NCBI GenBank assembly: GCA_041396705.1
Contig: JAWKYB010000003.1
Span: 28,985-92,984, forward strand
Source of the DNA: Alphaproteobacteria bacterium
GTDB lineage: Bacteria > Pseudomonadota > Alphaproteobacteria > CALKHQ01
Length of the DNA stretch: 64,000 nucleotides
Direction: 5' to 3'
Shown: positions 45,474 to 55,775 of the stretch, piece after piece
Position numbering within the stretch: position 1 is the first letter of the stretch
Layout: every line of letters begins with the position of its first letter
Translations under genes and position numbers: made by a program
Notes under the pieces: model-generated
What the model was told of the DNA's origin: nothing
Seen by the model: only the letters and a program-made list of their open reading frames with translations
Databases searched by the model: none

Positions 45474-47012
45474 ATGAACGTGCTGTTGATCACCTGCGAC
45501 CAGTGGCGAGGCGACTGCCTGTCGGCGCGCGGCCATCCGGTCGCCCGCACGCCGGCCGCCGATGCGCTGGCGGCGCGCGGCGTGCTGTTCGCCAGGCATT
45601 ACTGCCAGGCGGCACCGTGCTCGCCGGCACGGGCGTCGCTGCTGACCGGCCTCTACCAGATGAACCACCGGGTCTGCCGCAACGGCACCCCGCTGGACGA
45701 CCGGCACGACAACATCGCCCGCGCCGCCCGGCGCCTGGGCTACGAGCCGGTGCTGTTCGGCTATACCGACACCGGCATCGACCCGCGCGGGCTCGATCCG
45801 GCCGACCCGCGCACCCGCACCTATGAAGGCGTCCTGCCGGGATTCGTCCAGCGCCGCCCGTTGCCGGAGGAATCCGGGCCCTGGCTGCAGTGGCTGCGCC
45901 GCCACGGCGTCGCGGTGCCGGATTGCGGCCTCGATGTCTACCTGCCGGCGGAGGGCCCAGCCGACCCGCCGTCGGGCGCGCCGGCGCGCTTTCCGGCCGA
46001 CCGGTCGGAGGCCGCATTCCTGGCGGAGGGGTTCATCGACTACGCCAGCGAAATGGGCGCGAGCCCCTGGTTCGCCCATGTCAGCTTCCTGCGCCCGCAT
46101 CCGCCGTTCATCGCCCCGGCGCCCTACAACGCGCTGGTGAAGCCGGAGGCGGTGCCGGACTTCGTGCGCGCGCCCTCGCTGGCGCAGGAGCGGGCAGGGC
46201 ACCCGTTCCTTGCCTATGCGCTGGCCGGCCAGCGCAAGGGCGATTTCGTCTATGGCGCCGAGGGCCTGGCCACCGACTGGGACGACGCGGCCCGGCGCCG
46301 GATCAGGGCGACCTACTACGGCCTGCTGGCCGAGGTCGACGCGCAGGTCGGCCGCATGATCGCGCATCTCGAGCGGATCGGCCGCCTGGACGACACGCTG
46401 GTCGTGCTGACCACCGACCATGGCGAGATGCTGGGCGACCATTATCTGTTCGGCAAGCTGGGCTATTTCGACCAGAGCTTCCACATCCCGCTGATCGTCG
46501 CCGGTCCCGGTGTGGTCGGCGGCCGCAGGGTCGAGGCCTTCACCGAATCGGTCGACGTGATGCCCACGGTGATCGACCTGCTCGGCGCCGCGGTGCCGCG
46601 CGCGGTCGACGGCCGCTCGCTGCGGCCGTTCCTGCAGGGACGGGACGCGGAAGGCTGGCGGGATGCGGCGCATTGGGAGTTCGATTTCCGCGAGGTGGCG
46701 ACCGGCGCGGCGCAGCGCGCGCTCGGGCTGGATCTGGACGACTGCGCGCTCGGCGTGCTGCGCGACGACGCGTTCAAGTACGTGCACTTCACGGCACTGC
46801 CGCCGTTGCTGTTCGACCTCGCCCGCGACCCCGGCGAGCTGTGCAACCGGGCGGAGGATCCGGACTATGCCGCGGTGCGGCTGCGCTATGCCGAGCGCAT
46901 GCTGGCGTGGCGCGCCCGCCACCTCGACCGCACGCTCAGCGGGATCGAGTTGCACCCGTCCGGCATGGTCGCCGCCGGGCGGGCCGAAACGAACCAATTT
47001 GGGCCCAATTGA
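45474..47012 (+). CDS. Cys-type sulfatase / phosphonate-monoester-hydrolase-family enzyme (alkaline phosphatase superfamily).
   Basis: CSPARASLLTG is the C-x-P-x-R formylglycine signature. The 512 aa protein is cytoplasmic with no signal peptide. Confidence 0.75.
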   Translation: MNVLLITCDQWRGDCLSARGHPVARTPAADALAARGVLFARHYCQAAPCSPARASLLTGLYQMNHRVCRNGTPLDDRHDNIARAARRLGYEPVLFGYTDTGIDPRGLDPADPRTRTYEGVLPGFVQRRPLPEESGPWLQWLRRHGVAVPDCGLDVYLPAEGPADPPSGAPARFPADRSEAAFLAEGFIDYASEMGASPWFAHVSFLRPHPPFIAPAPYNALVKPEAVPDFVRAPSLAQERAGHPFLAYALAGQRKGDFVYGAEGLATDWDDAARRRIRATYYGLLAEVDAQVGRMIAHLERIGRLDDTLVVLTTDHGEMLGDHYLFGKLGYFDQSFHIPLIVAGPGVVGGRRVEAFTESVDVMPTVIDLLGAAVPRAVDGRSLRPFLQGRDAEGWRDAAHWEFDFREVATGAAQRALGLDLDDCALGVLRDDAFKYVHFTALPPLLFDLARDPGELCNRAEDPDYAAVRLRYAERMLAWRARHLDRTLSGIELHPSGMVAAGRAETNQFGPN

Positions 47013-47062
47013 TGGCAATTAATGGATTGAAGCGGCCCGAAATCTGAGGCTAGGTTGCCTCG

Positions 47063-48726
47063 ATGGGAACCAATCGCGGTTACAGCCACATCATCGTCGG
47101 TGCCGGTTCCGCCGGCTGCGCGCTGGCCAATCGGCTGTCGGCCGACCCGGCGACGCGGGTGCTGCTGGTCGAGGCCGGCGGCTGGGACCGCGACCCGCTG
47201 ATCCACGTGCCGCTGGGCTGGGGCAAGATCCTGCAGCGCCGCCTGCACGACTGGATGTACTTCAGCGAGCCGGAGGACTCGGTCGGCGGCCGCCGCATCG
47301 AATGCGCGCGCGGCAAAGTGATCGGCGGATCGTCGTCGGTGAACGCGATGGCCTATGTCCGCGGCAACCGCGCCGACTATGACGGTTGGGCCGAGGCCGG
47401 GCTCGACCGCTGGTCCTATGCCCATGCGCTGCCCTATTTCCGCCGTCAGGAAAGCTGGGCCGGCGGCGCCGACGCCTATCGCGGCGATTCCGGACCGCTC
47501 GCGACCCAACCCTGCCGCTATCAGGACCCGCTGGTCGAGGCCTTCGCCGACGCCGGGCGCGAGGCCGGACACGGCTGGACCGACGACTACAACGGCGCGC
47601 AGCAGGAGGGCTTCGCCCGCCTGCAGATGACCATCCGCAACGGCCGGCGCTGCAGTGGCGCCACCGCCTATCTGCGTCCCGTCCTCAAGCGGTCGAACCT
47701 CGACGTGATGGTCGGCGCGCAGGCGACGCAGGTGCTGCTCGAGGGCCCGCCGCGCCGTCGGCATCGAGCTGGCGCGCGGCGGAATCCGCGAGGAAATCCG
47801 CGCCGACAGCGAAGTGATCCTGGCCGGCGGCGTGATCAACTCGCCACAGCTGCTGCTGTTGTCGGGTATCGGCGATCCGGCGGCGCTGGCGCGGCACGGG
47901 ATCGCGGTCAAGGCGGCGCTGCCCGGGGTCGGCGCCAACCTGCAGGACCACGTCTCGGTCATCCTGATGTATCAGCGCAAGGAGCCGGGACCGTTCCACC
48001 GGCTGATGCGCCTCGACCGCGTCGGCACGGCGATGGCACGGGCCTATCTGACCGGAACCGGGCCCGCGGCCGACGTTCCCGGCGGCATCACCGCCTTCCT
48101 GCGCAGCGATGCCGGCCTCGCGCTGCCTGACATCCAATTTCTGTTCACGGCGGCGCCGCTGGGCGCATGGCCCTACCTGCAGCCGTTCAAGGCACCGTTC
48201 GCCGACGGATTCGCCAGCCGCATCGTGATGCTGCAGCCGGAAAGCGAAGGCACCGTCGCGCTGGCCGGACCGGACCCGCTGGCCAAGCCGCTGATCCGCT
48301 CGAATTTCCTGGCGACCGACGCCGACTGGCGCACGTTGCGCCGCGGCGTCGAAGATGGCCCGCGCGGTCGCCGCGCAGCCGGCGCTGCGTCCGTTCATCG
48401 CCAGCGAGATCGCGCCGGGCCTCGACAAGACCACGCCGGACGCAATCGATGCGCATATACGCAGCACGGCGATCACCGTGCATCACCCGCTGGGCACCTG
48501 CCGGATGGGCCCGGACGACGACCCGCTGGCGGTGGTGGACCAGGACCTGCGGGTGCGCGGGGTCGACGGGCTGCGGGTGGTCGACGCCTCGGTGATGCCG
48601 CGGCTGGTGCGCGGCAACATCAATGCGGCGGTGGTGATGATCGCCGAAAAGGCGTCGGACCTGATCCTGGGCAAGACCCCGCTGGCGCCGGCCGCATCGG
48701 TGGCACCGGGCGCGGCCGCCGCCTGA
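47063..48726 (+). pseudogene. GMC-family FAD oxidoreductase (choline-dehydrogenase-like) broken by two +1 frameshifts.
   Basis: The N-terminal third ([16 protein letters not shown]..) is in one frame, the middle third in a second and the C-terminal third (..[40 protein letters not shown]..) in a third. Shift points lie near a C-run at 47746-47748 and at GAAGATG 48346-48352. Confidence 0.65.
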
Positions 48727-48728
48727 GA

Positions 48729-49475
48729 CTACTCGGCGGCGATGCTCTCCCGCCGAGCGCGATAGCCGGTCGGCAGCGCGTCCGCGAACAGGCTCTGGTG
48801 CACGTCGCTCAGATGCTCGTGCATCAACTGCTCGGCACGGGCGCCGTCGCGTGCCGCGATCGCGGCGACGATCGCCTCATGAAAGGCCGCATGGGCCGAC
48901 TGCCGCTTGAAGCAGTGCCCGCTCTCGCCGAAGCGCGCCATCGCCTCCTCGCGCAGCGCGCCGCTGAACGCGTCGAAGAACATCAGGAACAGCGCGTTGT
49001 GCGACAGTTCCGCGATGAAGCGGTGCAGGGCGGTATCGGCGGCCTGGTAGGCGGTATGCTCGGCGGCATCGCGGGTGCGCTGGGCGAGCCTGCGCAGGCG
49101 CTGCACATCCTGCTGCGAAGCATAGAGCGCCGCGCGCCGTGCCATGATCGGCTCGATGATCAGCCGCAGCTCGATCATCTCCACCGGGTTGGCGCGCTGC
49201 GCCAGCCAGCGCCAGTCGTCCTGTACGGGGACCTCGCCGCGTCGCGGCGCCGGTGCCGCCTTGTCGACGACGAAGGTACCGCGGCCCTGGTGGCGCTGGA
49301 CGACGCCTTCCTCCTCCAACTCGGCCAGCGCACGACGCAGCACCCGGCGGCCGGTACCGAGCTGTTCGGCCAGCACGCGTTCCGGCGGGACCCGCCCGTC
49401 CGATTGCTGCGCCCAGCTGCCGATCATCTGCCGCAGCGACGCCAGCGTGTTCTGATAGCGCTCCATTCCAGCCAT
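48729..49475 (-). CDS. GntR/FadR-family transcriptional regulator (FCD domain).
   Basis: ERVLAEQLGTGRRVLRRALAELEEEGVVQRHQGRGTFVV is a wHTH. A C-terminal FCD helical domain follows. Confidence 0.8.
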   Translation of the reverse strand: MAGMERYQNTLASLRQMIGSWAQQSDGRVPPERVLAEQLGTGRRVLRRALAELEEEGVVQRHQGRGTFVVDKAAPAPRRGEVPVQDDWRWLAQRANPVEMIELRLIIEPIMARRAALYASQQDVQRLRRLAQRTRDAAEHTAYQAADTALHRFIAELSHNALFLMFFDAFSGALREEAMARFGESGHCFKRQSAHAAFHEAIVAAIAARDGARAEQLMHEHLSDVHQSLFADALPTGYRARRESIAAE

Positions 49476-49901
49476 CCGAAATCGCCGCGGCCGCCTGCCG
49501 TGGCCGCACTTCGCGCGCGCCTGCCTGCACGCCGTCGTTCTGCATACACCAGCCGGAGCGCATTGGTCCACACGCCAGCATGCACGCGGGGCCTGCACGC
49601 CGGACGGCGGCGACCGCAGTCGGTTGACAACCGCCGGCGGAGTGGTGTCATCTGATGGCGGAATTGGTGCGCTCGTTGGGTTGGATGCAACCAATTTGGT
49701 TCGCATCCGTCTTGCGGGCGCTGCTGGGCTCGGGGGAGGAGCGGCCACCGCCAGTTGTGTCCGCTTTGCTGGCGCGGCCCGTGCACAGGTGTCATTCTGG
49801 CGCCTGGGCACGGGCCAACCGGCACGTGATCGACGAAGCAAGGCCTGCGCCCGGCCGCGTCGGCGCGGGCAACAAGGGCGAGGTTGTTCAGGAGGGCGAT
49901 G

Positions 49902-50963
49902 ATGAAGCATTTCGATCCGAAGTCGACCAAACTGCGTGCGGGCCTGCTGGCGAGCGCGCTGACCGGGGCGATGCTGGCGTTGCAGCCGGCCCTGGCGGCG
50001 GACGTGACCAGCATCGCCATCTTGGTGCCGGAGCAGGGCACCGACTATGGCTGGAACCAGCAGGGGGTCGACGCGGCGCGCGCGGTGGCGGAGACCTACG
50101 GGCTCGAGTTCCTGCCGGCCGAGGGCCTGGGCTACGGCGACGTCCGGCCGACCCTGCGCGAACTGGCCGAGGAAGGCGCCAGCCTGATGATCGCCCACGC
50201 CAGCGGCTACAACACCGCGGCGCCGGAGATCGCGGCGGAGACCGGCGTGCCGGTGGCGATCGTCGACCGGCCCGACGACATCCAGGCCGGCCTGGTCGCC
50301 GACTACACGCTGCACGGCCACACCGGCGCCTATCTGGCCGGCGCCATGGCGGCGATGATGACCCGCACCGGCACGGTCGGCGTGGTGGTGTCCGGCGAGC
50401 CGCCGTCGTGGAACTCGCAGTCGGCCGGTTTCGCCCAGGGCGTGCGGGCGACCAATGCCAACGTCAAGATCGTCTATGCCGTGATCGGCCCGGCCGCCTA
50501 CAGCGACGCGGCCGGCGGCCGCCGGGTCACCGAATCGGTGATCGCCGCAGGCGCCGACATCGTGTTCGGCCAGGGCAACGGCTCCAGCTTCGGCATGATC
50601 GAGGCGGTGGAGACGACGCCTGCGGTCGATGGCGGTCAGGCCTGGTTCATCGACGTCATCGGCGACAAGTCGGAGCTCGACAAGGGCTTCCTGCTGTCGT
50701 CGGTGCTGTGGAACATGGTGCCGGTCTACTCCGCCATGGTCGAGGACCTGCGGGCCGATACCTTCGGCACCAAGAGTTACACCATCCAGCTGGCCGACGA
50801 TTCGGTGCAGCTGCTGCAGACGGACCATATTCCGGCCGATGTCTGGACCGCGGTGATGCAGATCCGCGACCAGATCATCGACGGCACCGTGACCGTCGAC
50901 CTGATCACCGATGCCCAGGCCGTGCGCGACCTGATGACGTCGGTGGAGATCGGCGAGGAGTAA
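49902..50963 (+). CDS. BMP-family (PnrA-like) ABC transporter substrate-binding protein.
   Basis: RBS: GGAGGG, 5 nt, ATG. The signal peptide ends ALA. The BMP fold is present. Confidence 0.75.
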   Translation: MKHFDPKSTKLRAGLLASALTGAMLALQPALAADVTSIAILVPEQGTDYGWNQQGVDAARAVAETYGLEFLPAEGLGYGDVRPTLRELAEEGASLMIAHASGYNTAAPEIAAETGVPVAIVDRPDDIQAGLVADYTLHGHTGAYLAGAMAAMMTRTGTVGVVVSGEPPSWNSQSAGFAQGVRATNANVKIVYAVIGPAAYSDAAGGRRVTESVIAAGADIVFGQGNGSSFGMIEAVETTPAVDGGQAWFIDVIGDKSELDKGFLLSSVLWNMVPVYSAMVEDLRADTFGTKSYTIQLADDSVQLLQTDHIPADVWTAVMQIRDQIIDGTVTVDLITDAQAVRDLMTSVEIGEE

Positions 50964-51109
50964 TCCTCCCGCCGCGCCGCCTGCGGCGGTGCGATCCCAG
51001 CCTTGTCCGGGGCTGCGGCCGTCCATGCGACCGGCCGGTTGCAGCCCCGGCGCCATTTCTGCTTTGAATCGGCGACGGCCGGGGCCGGCATGACCGGCAG
51101 ACGGAACAT

Positions 51110-52720
51110 ATGACGATGGACGCGGTGCAGCGCGACGGAACGGCGGCGATCGCCCTTACCGGAATCACCAAGCGTTTTCCCGGCGTGCTGGCCAATGACA
51201 ACATCTCGCTGCAGTTCAACCGCGGCGAGGTGCACGCGCTGCTCGGCGAGAACGGCGCCGGCAAGTCCACCCTGATCGGCATCATGGCCGGGATGCAGCA
51301 GCCCGACGCCGGCCAGATCGCGGTCGAAGGCCACGCGGTCAGGCTCGGCGCACCGCACGACGCGCTGGCGCGCGGCATCGGCACGGTCTACCAGCACGTC
51401 CTGCTGATCCCCAGCCTGACCGTGCTCGAGAACCTGATGCTGGGGTCGCCCTGGTACCGGCCCTACAGCCGCGCGCGCACCCTGGCCCGGTTCCGCGAGC
51501 TGTGCGCGCTGCTGGCGATCACCCTGGACCCCGACGCACCGGTCGGCCGGCTTTCGCTCGGCGAGCAGCAGCAGGTCGAGATCGTGCGCGCCCTGTGGCA
51601 CGGCCAACTGGTGCTGATCCTCGACGAGCCGACCTCGATGCTGACGCCGAAGGGGGTCGAGGAGCTGATCACCGTGGTGCGGCGGCTGCGCGACCACGGG
51701 CTGGCGGTGGTGTTCATCACCCACAAGCTGCGCGAGGCCTACCAGTTGGCCGACCGCATCAGCGTGCTGCGCCAGGGACGCGTGGTCGGCGAACTGGCTC
51801 CGGACCGCCTGCGCGGGATGAGCGAGCACGCGGTCATCGACGCGGTGGTCGCGATGATGTTCGGACGGGCCGAGGCCGACGCCGACCTGGAGGAGGTGCT
51901 TGTCGGCGAGGCCCGCGCGCACGAGGCACTGCGGCCGGTCGACCGCACCGGCCCCGCCAAGCTGACCATTGCGGGGCTGTCGACGGTCGGCGAGCGCGGC
52001 GAGTGCGCGCTGACCGACGTCGGCTTCGCCGTGTGGCCGGGCGAGATCCTCGGCATCGCCGGCGTCGACGGCAACGGCCAGAAGCATCTGGCCGAGGCGC
52101 TGGCCGGCCAGCGTCACGCAACGGCGGGTACGATCCTGCTGAACGATGCCGACATCACCCGGATGGGCGTGCCGCAACGGCGCGAGGCCGGGGTCCGCTA
52201 TGTCACCGACGAACGGCTGGACGAGGGTACCGCCGGCGGCCACTCCGTGGCGGTCAACCTGATCCTGAAGGACATGGGGCAGGCGCCGTTCTGGCGCGCC
52301 GGGCTAACCCGCTGGGGCGCGATCAACGGCCATGCCCGCGCGCAGATCGCGGCACACGACGTGCGTACGCCGTCGGAGCGGACGGCGATCGGCAAGCTGT
52401 CGGGCGGCAACATCCAGAAGGTGCTGCTGGCACGGGAGCTCTCGCGCTCGGCCCAGCTGGTGGTGTTCAACAAGCCGACCTACGGCCTCGACCTGCAGAC
52501 GACGCAACTGGCGCGCAGCCGCATCCGCCAGGGCGCCGGCACCGAGGACGCCGCGCTGGTGGTGATCTCGACCGAGCTGGACGAGCTGTTCGAGGTCTGC
52601 CACCGCATCGCCGTGCTCGATCGCGGCCGGCTGGCCGGCATCGTCGACAACCGCGCCGGCGCCGAGACGGAGATCGGCCGCCTGATGACCGGCACGGCCG
52701 GCAAGGCGGCGCCGCAATGA
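51110..52720 (+). CDS. ABC transporter ATP-binding protein with two fused NBDs.
   Basis: GENGAGKST and LSLGEQQQVEIVRAL are present, plus a second NBD. Confidence 0.85.
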   Translation: MTMDAVQRDGTAAIALTGITKRFPGVLANDNISLQFNRGEVHALLGENGAGKSTLIGIMAGMQQPDAGQIAVEGHAVRLGAPHDALARGIGTVYQHVLLIPSLTVLENLMLGSPWYRPYSRARTLARFRELCALLAITLDPDAPVGRLSLGEQQQVEIVRALWHGQLVLILDEPTSMLTPKGVEELITVVRRLRDHGLAVVFITHKLREAYQLADRISVLRQGRVVGELAPDRLRGMSEHAVIDAVVAMMFGRAEADADLEEVLVGEARAHEALRPVDRTGPAKLTIAGLSTVGERGECALTDVGFAVWPGEILGIAGVDGNGQKHLAEALAGQRHATAGTILLNDADITRMGVPQRREAGVRYVTDERLDEGTAGGHSVAVNLILKDMGQAPFWRAGLTRWGAINGHARAQIAAHDVRTPSERTAIGKLSGGNIQKVLLARELSRSAQLVVFNKPTYGLDLQTTQLARSRIRQGAGTEDAALVVISTELDELFEVCHRIAVLDRGRLAGIVDNRAGAETEIGRLMTGTAGKAAPQ

Positions 52721-53781
52721 GCGAGGCGGCGCTGCAGCGGACGCCGGCAATGGCGGCGCGTCTCGGCGGGCTGGTCCGCATCCTGGTGCCGGTGCTTCTG
52801 GCGCTGGTCGCCGGCGGGCTGCTGCTGCTGGCCTGGGACATCGACCCGCTGGCCTACTATGGCTACGTCATCGACCGCGGCCTGTTCAGCGCCACCGGGC
52901 TCGAGGGCTCGATCACCCGCACCGCGCCGCTGCTGCTGATCGCGGCCGGCCTGATCGTGGCGTTCCGCGCCGGGCTGTGGAACCTGGGGGTCGACGGCCA
53001 GTTCCTGTTGGCCACCGTCTGCGTCGCCGCGCTGGCGCCGGCGCTGGCGCCGCATGTGCCGCTGCTGCTGATGGACCTGATCTGCTTCGCGGTCGCCTTC
53101 GCGGTGGCGGCGGCATGGTCGCTGATCCCCGCCTTCCTCAAGGCGGTGCACGGCATCAACGAGATCATCTCGACGCTGATGATGAGCTTCCTCGGCGTCA
53201 GCCTGGCCAACATCCTGATCAAGACCGCGTTCAACGACCCGTCGACGACCGTGCCGCAGACCGCCACCCTGGAGGTGGCCGACCGCCTGGGCCGACTCGG
53301 CGATTCCACCGTGCACTGGGGCGTGCTGCTGGCGGTGGCGGCGGTGATCGGCGTCCACCTGATGATGGAATACACCGCCTTCGGGCTGCGGCTGCAGGTC
53401 GTCGGCGCCAACCCGCGCACCGCGGTGCACGCCGGGCTGAACCTGCGGCTGCTGACCTTTCTGGCCTTCGGCATCAGCGCCGGCCTCGCCGGCATCGGCG
53501 GCGCGGTCGACACCGTCGGCGTGCTCGGCACCATCCGGGCCGACTGGAACCCGGCCTACGGCATCCTGGTGATCCCGCTGGTGTTCCTCGCCCGCTTCAA
53601 CGGCTTCGGTGTCATCGCCTTCGTGTTTTTCTTCGCGGTGCTGATGATCGGCGGCGAGAGCGCGGCCCGGCGGCTGGGCGTGCCGAACTTCTTCGTCCTG
53701 GTGCTGGTGGCGCTGCTGCTGCTGTTCCTGGCCGTGGTCGAGTATCTCGACCAGGAATGGCGCCGGCGCAGGATGGCCTGA
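52717..53781 (+). CDS. ABC transporter permease.
   Basis: Polytopic TM protein. The ATG overlaps the upstream stop as ATGA. Confidence 0.8.
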   Translation: MSEAALQRTPAMAARLGGLVRILVPVLLALVAGGLLLLAWDIDPLAYYGYVIDRGLFSATGLEGSITRTAPLLLIAAGLIVAFRAGLWNLGVDGQFLLATVCVAALAPALAPHVPLLLMDLICFAVAFAVAAAWSLIPAFLKAVHGINEIISTLMMSFLGVSLANILIKTAFNDPSTTVPQTATLEVADRLGRLGDSTVHWGVLLAVAAVIGVHLMMEYTAFGLRLQVVGANPRTAVHAGLNLRLLTFLAFGISAGLAGIGGAVDTVGVLGTIRADWNPAYGILVIPLVFLARFNGFGVIAFVFFFAVLMIGGESAARRLGVPNFFVLVLVALLLLFLAVVEYLDQEWRRRRMA

Positions 53782-53784
53782 GCG

Positions 53785-54720
53785 ATGGACGCGCTGCTGA
53801 CCGAGGTGTTCATCGGCTCGCTGCTGTTCGGCGCGGTGACGGCGGCGGTGCCGCTGCTGCTGGCCGGCCTGGGCGAGCAGGTCTCCGAGAAGGCCGGGGT
53901 ACTCAACATCGGCATCGAGGGCATGATGCTGCTCGGCGCCTTCGTCGGCTTCGCGGTGACCTACAAGGAGGATTCCTTCTGGCTGGGCTTCCTGGCCGGC
54001 GGTGCCGCCGGAATGGCCGCTGCCGCGCTGATGGTGGTTTTCTGCGTCTTCGCCGGGATGAACCAGATCGTCGTCGGCATCGCCATCACCCTGGGTGCGG
54101 AGGGGCTGACCGCACTGCTGCACCATTTCGAGTTCAGCCGCAGCTATCCGCGCCTGCCCAAGACCGAGACGTTGCCGATCCCGGGCCTCAGCGATCTGCC
54201 GGCTGTCGGTACGGCGTTCTTCGACCGCAACCCGATCGTCTATCTGGCGGTGCTGCTGGCCTTCTTCCTGGTCTGGTTGTTCCGCAAGACCCATATCGGG
54301 CTGAACCTACAGGCGGCGGGCGACAAGCCGGCGGCGCTGGACGCGGCCGGCGTCAGCGTCCGCACCACCCGCGCGGCCGCCGTACTGACCACCGGCTTCC
54401 TCGCCGGCGTCGGCGGCGCCTTCCTGTCGTCGGTGGGCGGCGGGCTGTTCCTGCCGTTCATGACCGGCGGCGCCGGCTTCATCGCCATCGTCCTGGCCAT
54501 GCTGGCCCGCGGCAAGCCGACCTGGGTGCTGATCGGCGCGTTCCTGTTCGGCATCAGCCTGTCGCTGACCACCGCGATGCAGGTCGCCGGCATCAACGTG
54601 CCGACCGACCTGATCCAGATGCTGCCTTTCGCGATGGTGATCCTCGTGCTGGTGGCATTCGGCCGCAACAGCCGGCTGCCGCCCGCGCTGGGCTTGCCCT
54701 ATCGCCGCGGCGCGCGTTGA
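53785..54720 (+). CDS. ABC transporter permease.
   Basis: Polytopic TM protein, 4 nt after the preceding stop. Confidence 0.8.
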   Translation: MDALLTEVFIGSLLFGAVTAAVPLLLAGLGEQVSEKAGVLNIGIEGMMLLGAFVGFAVTYKEDSFWLGFLAGGAAGMAAAALMVVFCVFAGMNQIVVGIAITLGAEGLTALLHHFEFSRSYPRLPKTETLPIPGLSDLPAVGTAFFDRNPIVYLAVLLAFFLVWLFRKTHIGLNLQAAGDKPAALDAAGVSVRTTRAAAVLTTGFLAGVGGAFLSSVGGGLFLPFMTGGAGFIAIVLAMLARGKPTWVLIGAFLFGISLSLTTAMQVAGINVPTDLIQMLPFAMVILVLVAFGRNSRLPPALGLPYRRGAR

Positions 54721-54746
54721 ATGCCCTGAAACGACGGAGAGAGCCC

Positions 54747-55544
54747 ATGGCCGAGACCAAGGTCTATTTGCTGGACGGCGGCACGCTGGTGATCGACGGC
54801 TTCCACGCCTTCTGGAACCGCGGGCCGGGCGGCGAGCTGCGCTTTCCCTGCTATTCCGTCCTGGTCGAGCATGCCGACGGCCTCTACATCTTCGACACCG
54901 GCTACGACTTCGACCACGTGATGAAGGTGCTGCCGTTCGAGAAGCCGATCCAGGACCCGGCGCAGACCATTCCCGGCGCGCTGGCCGCGATCGGCAAGAA
55001 GCCGGAAGACATCAACTACGTCATCAACTCGCACTACCACTTCGACCATTGCGGCGGGAACAAGCACCTGACCGCCGCCTGCACGGTCTGCCACGCCAAG
55101 GAGCTGGAGGCCTGCAGCTGCCACCAGCCGTTCGAGCACCTGGGCTACTCCGACCTCAGCTTCGCGCCGGAGCTGGCGGCGAAGAAGGCCGGCACCGAGC
55201 CGGCGCTCGACATCTACACGCCGAAGTTCGAGACCGTGACCGGCGACCAGGAGATCGCCAAGGGCCTGTGGCTGTTCGAGACGCCGGGCCACACCGCCGG
55301 CCACTATTCGATGATGGTGGAGCTGGCGAACCGGCGGCCGATGCTGTTCACCGCCGATGCCTGCTACTCCAAGAAGAACATGGACATGATGTGCATCTCC
55401 AGCTTCCACCTCGACCCGACCGCGAGCCTGCGCTCGATGGTGCGGCTGAAGGAACTGGCCGAGAAGCACGATGCCGAGCTGTTCTACTCCCACGACCCCG
55501 ACAGCTTCGGCGACTACATCAAGGCGCCCGGCTACTATTCCTGA
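54747..55544 (+). CDS. MBL-fold metallo-hydrolase of the N-acyl-homoserine-lactonase / 4-pyridoxolactonase type.
   Basis: HYHFDHCGG is the HxHxDH motif. The protein is 265 aa and cytoplasmic. RBS is GGAGAGAG. Confidence 0.75.
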   Translation: MAETKVYLLDGGTLVIDGFHAFWNRGPGGELRFPCYSVLVEHADGLYIFDTGYDFDHVMKVLPFEKPIQDPAQTIPGALAAIGKKPEDINYVINSHYHFDHCGGNKHLTAACTVCHAKELEACSCHQPFEHLGYSDLSFAPELAAKKAGTEPALDIYTPKFETVTGDQEIAKGLWLFETPGHTAGHYSMMVELANRRPMLFTADACYSKKNMDMMCISSFHLDPTASLRSMVRLKELAEKHDAELFYSHDPDSFGDYIKAPGYYS

Positions 55545-55565
55545 CCGCCCCCGGCACGCGCCGCC

Positions 55566-55767
55566 GTGCGTCCTTCGAGACGCCGCCCTGCGGGCGGCTC
55601 CTCAGGATGAGGGGCGGGGGTGTTTGGCAGCGACGATTGGAACGCGGCGGCGATTGCGCTCGCTCGCGCGAAATGTGCGTGCGCCGATCGGCGCAAGACC
55701 GATGGAGCCGCACCGCCCTTCCTCATCCTGAGGAGGCGCGCAGAGCGCGCCGTCTCGAAGGACGCAC
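55566..55767. repeat. Palindromic MITE/REP-like element of about 200 bp. Two imperfect 57 bp inverted arms flank an 88 bp core. Each arm contains its own internal hairpin.
   Basis: Arm 1 is GTGCGTCCTTCGAGACG..CTCCTCAGGATGAGG..GTG. Arm 2 is its reverse complement with compensatory changes: CCGCCCTGCGGGCGG versus GCGCGCTCTGCGCGC. Confidence 0.65.
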
Positions 55768-55775
55768 CCTGTTCG

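Noticed and set aside
48729-51056. 775 aa ORF implying a large regulator
   Set aside because: Only the C-terminal 248 aa (GntR/FCD) are genuine. The upstream part is antisense to the BMP binding-protein gene.
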